Positions 6,474-15,943 of a DNA stretch of 26,390 nucleotides are shown piece after piece. The position numbers and the translations under genes are program-made. Each line of letters starts with the position of its first letter. The first letter of the stretch is position 1. Under the pieces are notes generated by a model. The model saw only the letters and a list, made by a program, of their open reading frames with translations. It was not told the DNA's origin and did no database searches. Source of the DNA: a virus (lineage: Duplodnaviria; Caudoviricetes); IMG/VR virus record IMGVR_UViG_3300025000_000382, positions 1 to 26,390 of that record, one strand, 5' to 3'.

Positions 6474-7526
6474 CTATTGTAGCAATCCTAAAATCTGTCC
6501 ATCATCAATGATGGCATTATCGTTCTGCTTCATCGCCAACACGTCTGCCGCCAACTGCGCCAACGACGCACGGCATTCTGTGTCCACTACTGCACCGCCC
6601 GAAGGCGCGGCATACGTCAATACCGCGATGGTTTTGCTCGCAGTTGCATATGTTTGCGTAAACGCTGACGGTCTGGTGGAAGGCGCGACATTGAAAAATC
6701 CGGCCAGCGTTCCCCGATGCGCCAAATCCTTCGCGATTGCCAGCGACCCGGCAGCGGTCATCCCATCTGTCGTTGTACCGACAAGTACGCTACCCGTACT
6801 GCAAAATCTTATTCTCTCCACGGGCGATCCGCCGAGTGGCGCAACTAAAATTACAAGTCTCGCGCCATTGCCAACATCGCCATTCTCCTCCGCAAATGCA
6901 GAGATACGCGCAGAATCTAATGTAAAAAAATTGCTCCCGTCATGCCCGCGAAAGGCAAACGATCCAAAAGAAAACCCGCTCAATGATTTTGTTGGCAGGG
7001 CCTCGGTTCCTCCGGCACGCTGTAATAAAAAATAGGCAGACGTCGTGTTGGAAAAAGTTCGCGCGTTCACGCCATTATATTTATCTGTCCCATACGAATT
7101 TAAATTTCCATCCACTTCTAAATTAGACGTTATTGGAACGCGATTAACTCCCACTGCCCCACTTGTCGTGTTCACTATCAACACATTATTTTTTACCCCA
7201 TTCTGCTCTACGAGTAATGCGGTGGTCGAGTTGACATTGATTTTCTGCCCCGCCGAAAACTCATTCACTACATCCCGCCCCGCGGCTGTGAGCGATTCAG
7301 GCACGATCAGTACATAACCCGCCCCGGGCGCCGTTATCGTCACACTCTCGGATACCGTCAATATTTTGCCCACCGCGATATTCATCCCGCCTACGGATTC
7401 GCCATACGCAAACGGCGTCGCGCCTGCTACGAGAAATTTGTATTGCGCCGATGCGGGTGCAAGCATTGCAGGAGTCACCGTCCCTGGCTGAATTTGTTCG
7501 CCGCCGTGAATTTTATTTGCGCTCAT
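6474..7526 (-). CDS. Tail fibre / receptor-binding-like protein
   Basis: G/T/N-rich beta repeats (GAVGVNRVPITSNLEVDG, ERIRFCSTGSVLVGTT); C-terminal helical end ending GLLQ; position. Confidence 0.7.
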   Translation of the reverse strand: MSANKIHGGEQIQPGTVTPAMLAPASAQYKFLVAGATPFAYGESVGGMNIAVGKILTVSESVTITAPGAGYVLIVPESLTAAGRDVVNEFSAGQKINVNSTTALLVEQNGVKNNVLIVNTTSGAVGVNRVPITSNLEVDGNLNSYGTDKYNGVNARTFSNTTSAYFLLQRAGGTEALPTKSLSGFSFGSFAFRGHDGSNFFTLDSARISAFAEENGDVGNGARLVILVAPLGGSPVERIRFCSTGSVLVGTTTDGMTAAGSLAIAKDLAHRGTLAGFFNVAPSTRPSAFTQTYATASKTIAVLTYAAPSGGAVVDTECRASLAQLAADVLAMKQNDNAIIDDGQILGLLQ

Positions 7527-8599
7527 GCTTCACCAATCCAAATGGTATTCAACGAAAAATCATATCCAGCGCCGCTGGTTCCATTAATTGTTCCCAACAA
7601 ATCATGATAGCCTGTAAAGGTACACGCAAGCGAAAAAGTTTTTTCTATATTGTGGCTTTCGGATGCCGAGTACCAATCCTGACCCTCCGTTTGCATTACA
7701 CCATCAAACGACCAATCAATGCGCCCGTTTGTCGTTCTCAGGAGACCGACCACACGAACAAGGTAGCCTCCGGCGTTCAAGAAAATTTTATTTTGATACA
7801 GCGTCGTCCCGTCGGCAGGGGATGTTTGTCTGATGTAATATCCGAATTTCTGTGCGGCGTCGAAGGTCATTGAAAGAGCGCCGCTGGATTTCATATCATC
7901 CACAAATAGTTTTACATACAAAGGCGCCTGTTTTTTGGAGACGGCGTACCACGTGGAGCCGTCGCACAAATATATTGCGCTTTGGTCATGATAGAAACTT
8001 TCTCCATTAACCGTTAACGTCGTATAAAAACCAGTTACTCGGACTCCTATAAATTTTCCGGCATTTCCTGCCGCTGCGGGAAACGCCAATGTCATGCCAG
8101 ATTGCCCCGAACTGATGAGATGCATTCGGTTCAACGTTGCTTCGCCAGATACATTTATCACAATTTCTTCGCCTGTCAGCGTGGACAGCATGTCATACGC
8201 AACCCCTACCCCGTCCCGTGCAGAGCCATATAGCAGAGCAGCGGGACTTGTTCCAGTAGCCAACACAACTCCAAAATCACCTTCAACCGCCGGGGCGGCG
8301 TGCGGAATGGCCTGCTTGGCAGTTGTGTGCGTTTTGAATAAATCTCCCAACGTCGCAGACGCAGACAAAGATATTTTTGGAACATACCCACAAAACGCAA
8401 CCATGCCATAAGCGTTGTCTGCGATCCCGTTTGGCTCGAGCACCACCCCGATTTGACCATTGACATAGCCGGATGTTCCGGTAATGGTAAATGCACTCGC
8501 AGTTCCTGATGAGATGATAACCACATCTCCCTGTGCAACTGCAACGCCGGATTTATTCTGCAAAAATGACGAGATTGTTCTATTAAGCGCTGTGTTCAT
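7523..8599 (-). CDS. Minor tail / fibre protein with C-terminal beta-sandwich-like domain
   Basis: 358-aa A/G/T-rich ORF in the tail-tip cluster. Confidence 0.65.
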   Translation of the reverse strand: MNTALNRTISSFLQNKSGVAVAQGDVVIISSGTASAFTITGTSGYVNGQIGVVLEPNGIADNAYGMVAFCGYVPKISLSASATLGDLFKTHTTAKQAIPHAAPAVEGDFGVVLATGTSPAALLYGSARDGVGVAYDMLSTLTGEEIVINVSGEATLNRMHLISSGQSGMTLAFPAAAGNAGKFIGVRVTGFYTTLTVNGESFYHDQSAIYLCDGSTWYAVSKKQAPLYVKLFVDDMKSSGALSMTFDAAQKFGYYIRQTSPADGTTLYQNKIFLNAGGYLVRVVGLLRTTNGRIDWSFDGVMQTEGQDWYSASESHNIEKTFSLACTFTGYHDLLGTINGTSGAGYDFSLNTIWIGEA

Positions 8600-8611
8600 T
8601 TGTCCTCTTTA

Positions 8612-9682
8612 TCATATAGTCGCCGATAAACAATGAGCTGTTATCAGCGCGGCAGTGGTCAGTGCATTGTCCAGCACAATCTGCCCGCCATCCGATGAAA
8701 GCGAATAAACCGTTGGATCTTCCACAAGTCCATTGATTTCCAGGCTCTCAATCGTATCTACATAATCCAGCAAATCAAACGTTGTTTGACTCACTGCGCC
8801 TGACCAGCGAAATAAAACATGATCGTGGCTGATGGTTGGCAGGGTTTCAACGTGAACAAAACTCGCTTCTGAAAATCCGCTATCGGCCAACACTCCTACG
8901 GTATCTGCAAAAGAAACAAAATTTCCAGTTATGGATGGGTTGACAGGTTTCAAGCCTCCCGCGCCTCCCGCCAGCGAATAACCGCCAAAACGCAGATCAA
9001 CAATATCATTTAGCGTCGAACGCAAATCTGCCGTGATTTTTGTTTGTCCATCATACAAGCGCACTGCCGCCAATGGGTATTTTTCCTCGTCCGCCATTGG
9101 AATGTCCCCACCCATGAGCAATTCTTTCGCATCCACCTGCGTTCCGATTTTAGCAGTTGCGATTCCGGTATCATCTATTTGCAATAACGCATACAATGCG
9201 CCTGCTGTTGGCTGGCTGGCCGATAAATCAACTAATTGTTCCAATACATGCACATAAGTAGTTGGGGTCGGAAACCATCCTTCAAGAATTTTTACCGTAA
9301 ATAATGTTTCTGGCAGCACAAGTAATGGGAGAATCTGCTGTGCTTGCACCCAAACCGTATCATGTCCTGGCCACTCGTGGTTTGCATGATGGTCCAAAAT
9401 GAAATATTTGAAAAGTGCCCCCATATTTTTATAGCTAAATCTGGGCCCAAGCACTTGCAAAATTTCCGGGAATATCGGATCACGCCCAATGTACACCCGC
9501 AAGTTGGGGACGCTGCCCATCCGGTAATTCAGCACGTCCGCAGTCTGCCCATTTGTATAACGGATAGTTGTCATCCCCGCCAAACTTCCCGCGCTGACAA
9601 TCGTCGCTGGAACCCGTTTGATGGTGGTAGCTTTTTTGATGGCCGCTTTCACGGCGCGGACAATATCGCGGTTGGTCTGCAT
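8612..9682 (-). CDS. Minor tail protein
   Basis: 356-aa ORF after the large tail protein; GNFVSFADTVGVLADSG fibre-type motif. Confidence 0.65.
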   Translation of the reverse strand: MQTNRDIVRAVKAAIKKATTIKRVPATIVSAGSLAGMTTIRYTNGQTADVLNYRMGSVPNLRVYIGRDPIFPEILQVLGPRFSYKNMGALFKYFILDHHANHEWPGHDTVWVQAQQILPLLVLPETLFTVKILEGWFPTPTTYVHVLEQLVDLSASQPTAGALYALLQIDDTGIATAKIGTQVDAKELLMGGDIPMADEEKYPLAAVRLYDGQTKITADLRSTLNDIVDLRFGGYSLAGGAGGLKPVNPSITGNFVSFADTVGVLADSGFSEASFVHVETLPTISHDHVLFRWSGAVSQTTFDLLDYVDTIESLEINGLVEDPTVYSLSSDGGQIVLDNALTTAALITAHCLSATI

Positions 9683-9683
9683 G

Positions 9684-12590
9684 TTATCCTGCTATATATT
9701 TCATATGCGTGATAATTAGAAAACCATTGACGCTGGCCAGCATTCCATTTTTCGCCTGCCAGGACGCACCAAGATCCGGTGTATAGAAAATGTTCTGTCC
9801 ACCCGAACCAATAAAACCTTCCTCCGTATTGCAGTTGTCCCAAACGCTAAAACCGACTGGAAGTCCATTGCCCAACACTTCCCAACTTTCGCCGTAATCC
9901 GGTGATGAGTATTCTGCGCTGGTTCCTGCGCCTCCCGCGATTAAATTTGCGCCGGAGGGAGAACATGCCAATGCGCATGCTTTCGTTGTATCTGATGGTG
10001 GAGCGGTCAAACCAACGAATGTATCGCCATTATCTATGGATTTGTCAAGCGTTTTATTTCCATTCTGCCACGTATATACTATGCCCCCACCCCCACGAAT
10101 GTGCCAATGATGGCGTGCATTAGTGGCATTAGGCAGATCGCCTTCTGAGATTACTGCCCCCGTCGGAGAAATTTTCCACCAATGTTCGGCCTCGAAAACA
10201 TTATCTCTTGAAGAGGTCAAAATCCAGGACCCCATGCCATAAGAAATGTCTCCCCAATATCTGGGCCTGCCATTGTCAATGTGGGGAGACAATTCTGTCA
10301 ATCCACCACGAGAACCCTTCATTAATTTTATCCACCTTGTAGGACTATTCTCTCCTCCCGCCACCATAATCTCCTCACTGGTATTTGGGTTCACACCAAT
10401 TGCAGTAATATGCCCGCCTATTTCAGTTCCATCTATCAGTTTTGTCCATACAGATCCCAACATGTTGGCACAAAAAACTGCGGAAAAACTGTCGGTTACA
10501 CCGACCAGGATAACGATTAATCCGCTTGGACAAAGCTTAATGCGTTGCACATTAGTGTATTCCGCCTCCGTCAATCCCTCGTTCATTTCAAACCATTCAG
10601 GAGAATCGTCGTCAAAATTCTGCGTGTAATACAACCCGGCGTGTTTATCGGTCGTCTGCGAGTTGTAGCCCGCGATCAACACATCGGTTGGCGCACCAAT
10701 TGGTGGATCTGGCGGATCTGGCGGATCTGGATCATCTGGCGGATCTATCGGATCGTCGGGATCTTCGGGGTCAGCCGGAATATCTCCATCTATGACAAGC
10801 GTCGGGAACGTCTCGGCCTCGCAGATCACGCTCGTCGAGAAACAGCCCGCCTCCGGATCCCAAACCAACTCGCACGCACGCGGCACCGGGTTGCCCGAAT
10901 AAGCATCCCCACGCGGCGTATCCCCTGCCACCATCGAGATCGCCAGTTTCTGGCGCGGCCACAATGTGATGAATCTATTATTCTGCGCCAGGACAATTGG
11001 AATATCCGGCCACTCATTGATCTTCCATCCAAGCAGCAACCCGGCCTGCGTATTGGCCTGCGCCTGCGATGAGCATAACAGCATGTCGAGCGTATCCGAT
11101 TTGCCGTGCCGCGCCTGGATGTGACCCATCGCCAGGCTGTAAAACATATTGTGCCCACCACTCGCCAATAGATTGATAGCGCTGGTGGCCAGCGATGAGG
11201 CTGGGGATGGCTTTTGCTTGCGCCAAACGATCTGATCCTTCCAGTCCTGTTTCGTGATCGTCATCACCGTATCCCACGTCCGGTCCGCTTCTGGCACCAT
11301 CTGCGGATCAATCTCGATGAACAGCCGTCCATAGGGATCAACGCCAGGCCGCGCAAATATTTTCTTGCCGATCTCCGTCAATTGCTCCCACGGCGAATCG
11401 CCGGTCGTGGCCGCCTCTGGCAGCAACCGCGTATCCGATGTCAGCGCCACGTCCATGATCTGTGTCACAGACGTGCGCCAGTGCAGAAGATGGAATAGCG
11501 CCTTGTCCACTGTCATTTGCGGAATTTTGTTCCACGTTGTAGTCGCAATGGAAAATTTCAAATCCAGCGGATCGCTCGCCAACTTCTGCATCCAGGCCGC
11601 CGCGCCTTGCACGGAGAAATCAACGGATCCTGCTTCCGGATCCCAAACGATGGACTCGCCTGCGATCCAGCCCCACGCAACGATGTTTTCCCGGTTAGCC
11701 ACCGGACCAATGGATTGCTTCGTCCCCCCATACCAATCCTCCGAGAACAGGATTACCAGCGCCCCCTCCTGCACGTCCGCCTTGTCCGCCTCCGCAAACA
11801 TCGTCACGCCAAAATTCCACCCGCCGCTCTCGTTATCTCCGCGTGGATTTTCCTTAAGCGCGAATGCTGTGACGGGCATGGACGCGGCGCTGTACACAAA
11901 CACATAGCGCACCCCCATGAACGTTTTACCATTGGCGGCTGTGACCGTGCAATACACGCAATACTGTCCTGCCGCGTTGTACGTGATCGTGGGCGTGGCC
12001 GTCGTCATCCCGCTCGATGCAGACGCGCCCGGCGCGGTCCACGCGTATCCCGAAATCGTCGAGCCGAACACCCACGAGGCCGACGCGTCGAACAGCGCGT
12101 TCACCGTCGCACCCGTCAACCATAGCACCGCATGGAGACCCAAAACAGGCATGGGGTCAAAAACAGTATGCTGATCGCTGTACGCCACGTCCGTATCCAT
12201 CAGCAGCGCCCCGCCCGTGACCTTCGGCGGTTTGACTCGCAACTGAAAATCGTCCACGATCGTGAGATAAATCGTCGCCGCCGCGGACCAGTCAATCTCG
12301 CTCGTCGCGCAAAAATAGAAATTCGTGGCGTCCGGGTCCTTGCGGATGCGCACCATCCCCACATCATGCGCCCCCGCGGACGTGCCCACATAAAGAGTCA
12401 TGCCCGTTTTCACGTTTGCCAGCGTCCCCGAGCCGGTGTTATACGTGACCTCGCTCACCATGTCTGTCGAAGTTGGCACCGCCGCCAGCACAGCCGTGTA
12501 GATCGTGTTCGGCTTTCGGATCGCCAAATACAATTTACTCCGCCGGCCGGGAGCGCGTAACAACGCTAAATTGGGGGCGCTGATGCCCAT
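9684..12590 (-). CDS. Large tail-tip protein with PKD-like domain, Pro/Asp linker and C-terminal BNR/Asp-box beta-propeller
   Basis: FDASASW..TISGYAW..TITYNAAGQYCVYCTVT (PKD-like); SIDNGDTF, SSPDYGESW, YTPDLGASW Asp-boxes. Confidence 0.8.
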   Translation of the reverse strand: MGISAPNLALLRAPGRRSKLYLAIRKPNTIYTAVLAAVPTSTDMVSEVTYNTGSGTLANVKTGMTLYVGTSAGAHDVGMVRIRKDPDATNFYFCATSEIDWSAAATIYLTIVDDFQLRVKPPKVTGGALLMDTDVAYSDQHTVFDPMPVLGLHAVLWLTGATVNALFDASASWVFGSTISGYAWTAPGASASSGMTTATPTITYNAAGQYCVYCTVTAANGKTFMGVRYVFVYSAASMPVTAFALKENPRGDNESGGWNFGVTMFAEADKADVQEGALVILFSEDWYGGTKQSIGPVANRENIVAWGWIAGESIVWDPEAGSVDFSVQGAAAWMQKLASDPLDLKFSIATTTWNKIPQMTVDKALFHLLHWRTSVTQIMDVALTSDTRLLPEAATTGDSPWEQLTEIGKKIFARPGVDPYGRLFIEIDPQMVPEADRTWDTVMTITKQDWKDQIVWRKQKPSPASSLATSAINLLASGGHNMFYSLAMGHIQARHGKSDTLDMLLCSSQAQANTQAGLLLGWKINEWPDIPIVLAQNNRFITLWPRQKLAISMVAGDTPRGDAYSGNPVPRACELVWDPEAGCFSTSVICEAETFPTLVIDGDIPADPEDPDDPIDPPDDPDPPDPPDPPIGAPTDVLIAGYNSQTTDKHAGLYYTQNFDDDSPEWFEMNEGLTEAEYTNVQRIKLCPSGLIVILVGVTDSFSAVFCANMLGSVWTKLIDGTEIGGHITAIGVNPNTSEEIMVAGGENSPTRWIKLMKGSRGGLTELSPHIDNGRPRYWGDISYGMGSWILTSSRDNVFEAEHWWKISPTGAVISEGDLPNATNARHHWHIRGGGGIVYTWQNGNKTLDKSIDNGDTFVGLTAPPSDTTKACALACSPSGANLIAGGAGTSAEYSSPDYGESWEVLGNGLPVGFSVWDNCNTEEGFIGSGGQNIFYTPDLGASWQAKNGMLASVNGFLIITHMKYIAG
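10702..10773. repeat. Degenerate 9-bp tandem repeat (GGCGGATCT-like x8) encoding a DPP linker
   Basis: ggtggatct ggcggatct ggcggatct ggatcatct ggcggatct atcggatcg tcgggatct tcggggtca. Confidence 0.85.
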
Positions 12591-12592
12591 TG

Positions 12593-13018
12593 TTAGATCG
12601 CCTCCAAATGCGTGAACGTGAGCTCTACCATTTCAACCACTTCCAATCCCACCAATTCCTCGCCTACCGTCCAGTGCATCCAGCATAGGAAGTCACCCCA
12701 TATCCGGACTCCTGCCGCCGTCTCGTTGGTTGGCGTGCGGATATAGACTTGTGCGGAAAGACTGGGGCAAAAATCCTTCAAATTTTCCCTCTGCTCTGGG
12801 CGCGTCCCGCGAAACGTCCAGCGCGCTCGCGGATAACCCTTTCCTAACCTCGCCCCGTTTCCCAATTCGTCATAAGAAGAATATGACTGATAACCCCAAT
12901 CCAGCGTCCGCAACGTAATATCAGCCGAAACCGAGGAAAGCAGAGTTTCCACTATTGACCAGTTATCGGGGTTGCTTCCGGTCGCCAGCGCCGCAATTAG
13001 AAAAGTAATTTCAGCCAT
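12593..13018 (-). CDS. Distal tail (Dit-like) protein
   Basis: 141-aa ORF directly after the tape measure gene; assigned by synteny. Confidence 0.6.
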   Translation of the reverse strand: MAEITFLIAALATGSNPDNWSIVETLLSSVSADITLRTLDWGYQSYSSYDELGNGARLGKGYPRARWTFRGTRPEQRENLKDFCPSLSAQVYIRTPTNETAAGVRIWGDFLCWMHWTVGEELVGLEVVEMVELTFTHLEAI

Positions 13019-14466
13019 TATGCCGCCGCCTCTAACGCTTCTGCCAGGCCGAGGAATCTCTCGTCCAGCGCCGTCCGCAAAGTTTTCGCATCCAGCCCGC
13101 CGGCGAAGCGGCGATTGTCTGTGATGTTGATCGTCTTGCCAGTCCCCACCGTGGACACACCGCTCGGAGTGGCAAATGAATGATTCAATTCAGGGATACT
13201 CTGCTTCGACAGAATATCCATCGCCTTCGTGATCCCGCGCAGGCCCATCTCGAACGGCGTCGGTGAGCCTGGCGTCAATTCATCCGGAAAAACGATATTG
13301 CCCAGCGAGGTGATCAACGCATCTACCGCATCAATCACCGACCCGATCCCGGAGATGATGGATTTGAAAACACTAGTAGCATAATTGGCGATTCCGGAAA
13401 ATACGGACCTGAACGCGCTGGAAATGGAATTCCAGGTATTGATTGCCCGGTTGCGAAATTCCATAAACTTCGCACTCATTTTTGCCACCACATCCATCAC
13501 TGCCTTGTGCATGGCATCCATGGCCAGTTGAAATAGTTTTGTCTGGATCTGATTCCATTGCTTTTGGTTGTTCTCCCAGGTCTTGTTGGATTTCTTCCAT
13601 TCCGCATTGAACCAGTCCAATCCTTGCTTTGTTTTTTGCTTGATGTCGGCCCAACCCTGACTAAATTCCCATTTGATAATGGCCCACAGCTGCGAGACGA
13701 TTACGCTCAACTGACCCCAGTTTTTCCATAACAGGTATACGAGTAAAACCGACGCGGCAATCAATGCCAGAACAGGCAACAATGGAAGCAACGCTCCCCA
13801 AATTGCAGTGCCGGCCGCGCCGATCGAAGGCACCAGTGAAGTCCATATCGTGCTTCCGATTATTTTCAATGAAGGTATCAGCACGCCGATAATAAAATCA
13901 ACAGCCTTTCCGCCTACGCCCGCGGCACTAAAGAAAAAGAAAATCTTCATCAATACGCCGGCAAATGAGGTCAACGGACCAGCCATAGCTGCCAGAAGAA
14001 CCAACTTTGTAATAAATGCCTGTGTCCCTGGTGGAAGCGCCAGGAAGCCATCCACCAGTTTTATGATGTAGTCAATGAATTTGATGAACAGCGGCAGGAA
14101 CTTCTCTCCCAATTGTGCCAGTGACGTGTTCAACTTGTCTACAGACTCTTTTGCTAATTTTGAAATAGCCGTGTCGGCATCCATTGCTTTTTTAATAAGC
14201 AAGGCAAAAAAGCCGATGATTGGAACAGAGATAAACATTGTCATTCTATTTCCTGCCGCTATAAATGTATTCCCCATCTTGTTGAAATTCAGACTGCTCA
14301 TCATTACCCGAAGATTTAATTCCCTAAACTCTTCCCTCAAATATTTAATTTGGCTTCCAACACGTTTCGAGAACGTCGAGAATGTATTCTCGGCTTTTTT
14401 GACGTTGCTCTGGAAATCTTTGCTGTTTAAAACCAGATTCGCTGTGATCGTGGCGGCTGTCGTCAT
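13018..14466 (-). CDS. Tape measure protein (short, ~482 aa)
   Basis: ATITANLVLNSKDF N-terminus, hydrophobic helical core, LYLLWKNW-like and W/F-periodic repeats; follows the tail chaperones; ATG 14466. Confidence 0.85.
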   Translation of the reverse strand: MTTAATITANLVLNSKDFQSNVKKAENTFSTFSKRVGSQIKYLREEFRELNLRVMMSSLNFNKMGNTFIAAGNRMTMFISVPIIGFFALLIKKAMDADTAISKLAKESVDKLNTSLAQLGEKFLPLFIKFIDYIIKLVDGFLALPPGTQAFITKLVLLAAMAGPLTSFAGVLMKIFFFFSAAGVGGKAVDFIIGVLIPSLKIIGSTIWTSLVPSIGAAGTAIWGALLPLLPVLALIAASVLLVYLLWKNWGQLSVIVSQLWAIIKWEFSQGWADIKQKTKQGLDWFNAEWKKSNKTWENNQKQWNQIQTKLFQLAMDAMHKAVMDVVAKMSAKFMEFRNRAINTWNSISSAFRSVFSGIANYATSVFKSIISGIGSVIDAVDALITSLGNIVFPDELTPGSPTPFEMGLRGITKAMDILSKQSIPELNHSFATPSGVSTVGTGKTINITDNRRFAGGLDAKTLRTALDERFLGLAEALEAAA

Positions 14467-14530
14467 CAAAAGACCTTCTAATTTTCACCCCCTTCCCAAA
14501 TGGGGAGGGGGAATAGGCAGGGATGGATAT

Positions 14531-14878
14531 CTAAACTAGGCCAAAATCCTTTTTCACCAGTACGATGATTTGCTCTTTCGTCATCTCGGAAATATCGGGC
14601 TGTTTCTTCAACGCTTCAATCACACTTTTCAATGTGTCGCGCATGAAATCTTTTGCATCTTTCGCCTTGCCCTTCCCGCGATTGGCGTTAAAGATCATAG
14701 CCAACAGGGTGGCAAAGTGAAATTCTTCATTCGGCCAGCCGATCGGCTCGAGCAGGTCATACAGTCGCCAGGCATACCAATCGCGATATGGCATCGCCCG
14801 TACTTCGGCGAGATCCTTATGAAGCGCCAACCCCAAACGATGATCGAATATCCCGTTGGAGTTGGCACTTAATTTTTT
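14531..14878 (-). CDS. Tail assembly chaperone GT extension, made by -1 frameshift
   Basis: The -1 frame is open from the slippery site: KKLSANSNGIFDHRLGLALHKDLAEVRAMPYRDWYAWRLYDLLEPIG...ATLLAMIFNANRGKG. Confidence 0.85.
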   Translation of the reverse strand, partial: KKLSANSNGIFDHRLGLALHKDLAEVRAMPYRDWYAWRLYDLLEPIGWPNEEFHFATLLAMIFNANRGKGKAKDAKDFMRDTLKSVIEALKKQPDISEMTKEQIIVLVKKDFGLV

Positions 14879-15321
14879 ATTTCTTCCTGGAGCGCCTCTT
14901 CTTCGGTGATTTCGCCTTTGGCAACGCGCTCATCCTCTCCCATTCCAGAGAAGATCGCAATTTCCTTGGCCAGCCAGCCGACCAGCTCACCAAGCTTCTC
15001 GTCAATTTTAGACGTGTCCTTCAATTGGAAGAGACGTTTTCCATTTGGATCGCACACACCGCAGACCACCAGGTACGCGTCATGCCCAAACATCGAAGAG
15101 ATCGCCATTTCTCCGCCCTCGCTCTTCCGTCCCATGCGGATGCGTGAATCGCCCATCTGACGCTTCGAGTATTCATCCTGCTCGCCACGGGAAAGGCAAC
15201 GAATGAAAAACTTCTTTCCCGCCCACACTGGGATGGTGTCTGGAACGGTGACTTCTTTAACAACAAGCGAATCGTCAACTGCAAAAAAGTCGTCACGCGA
15301 AAGGATTGTTTGTTCTTCCAT
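14869..15321 (-). CDS. Tail assembly chaperone (gpG-like)
   Basis: ILSRDDFF..KEVTVP..WAGKKFFIRCLS..GVCDPNGKRLF..EEIKN, lying between the tube and TMP genes. Confidence 0.88.
   Translation of the reverse strand: MEEQTILSRDDFFAVDDSLVVKEVTVPDTIPVWAGKKFFIRCLSRGEQDEYSKRQMGDSRIRMGRKSEGGEMAISSMFGHDAYLVVCGVCDPNGKRLFQLKDTSKIDEKLGELVGWLAKEIAIFSGMGEDERVAKGEITEEEALQEEIKN
14872..14878 (-). promoter_or_regulatory. Programmed -1 ribosomal frameshift heptamer A AAA AAT
   Basis: X XXY YYZ pattern immediately before the TAA of the G chaperone. Confidence 0.85.
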
Positions 15322-15323
15322 GG

Positions 15324-15494
15324 CTATGTCTCCGTGTCAAATTTGATGTTGCATCCAACGATCCAGATCGCAATCCGCATAACGATCTGTCCGACCCACA
15401 GGCGCAGTTTCAAGCCGCGAAAACCTTTCAGGTGCACAGTGACCGTGAGATTCTTCGCGGCTTCGCCGGCTTTGAACTGAACGACGGATTGCAT
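15324..15494 (-). CDS. 56-aa hypothetical protein (absent from the ORF track)
   Basis: MQSVVQFKAGEAAKNLTVTVHLKGFRGLKLRLWVGQIVMRIAIWIVGCNIKFDTET fills the gap with 2-nt spacers on both sides. Confidence 0.65.
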   Translation of the reverse strand: MQSVVQFKAGEAAKNLTVTVHLKGFRGLKLRLWVGQIVMRIAIWIVGCNIKFDTET

Positions 15495-15496
15495 GG

Positions 15497-15931
15497 CTAG
15501 AACAACGCGCCCGGTTTCCCAGACACCTTGATCGTGAAGCTCAATTGAGCCTGTTCTTCTATCGGCAGGTCAGGTTCGAAAGCGGTCAGGAATCCACGGA
15601 ATGGAAGAGTCTTACCGATTACCGGGATATAAAGCCGCCAATTGTGCACATCATCGTTGTTGAAACTGGAAAGCAACCCGGTTGTTTCATCGTGTGTGGC
15701 GTTGGTCGGCAGCCAATTGGCTTTGGCGGAAACTTCACCGCCATCCCGCATACCGGGAATGAATTCTCGGTGACCATCGGGAGACTGGTGGGAGGTTACG
15801 TCAATGTCATCCCGGCTCATCTGCGGTGGAGTCAATTCAGTAAGCTCCGCGATCGCGGTAAATACTTCACTGGTGGCTCCATCGCCTAATTGGAGTATTG
15901 AGCCATATGCCCAAAATGCGTTTGATGCCAT
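15497..15931 (-). CDS. Major tail tube protein
   Basis: FTAIAELTELTPPQMSRDDIDVTSHQSPDGHREFIPGMRDGGEV...FRGFLT...SFTIKVSGKP, lambda gpV/TP901-like pattern. Confidence 0.9.
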   Translation of the reverse strand: MASNAFWAYGSILQLGDGATSEVFTAIAELTELTPPQMSRDDIDVTSHQSPDGHREFIPGMRDGGEVSAKANWLPTNATHDETTGLLSSFNNDDVHNWRLYIPVIGKTLPFRGFLTAFEPDLPIEEQAQLSFTIKVSGKPGALF

Positions 15932-15943
15932 ATCATCCTCCGT

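Noticed and set aside
10702-10773. CRISPR-like array
   Set aside because: 9-bp in-frame coding repeat with no spacers and no cas genes
6474-12590. Diversity-generating retroelement or invertible fibre cassette
   Set aside because: No reverse transcriptase, no TR/VR pair and no inverted fibre fragments seen by eye
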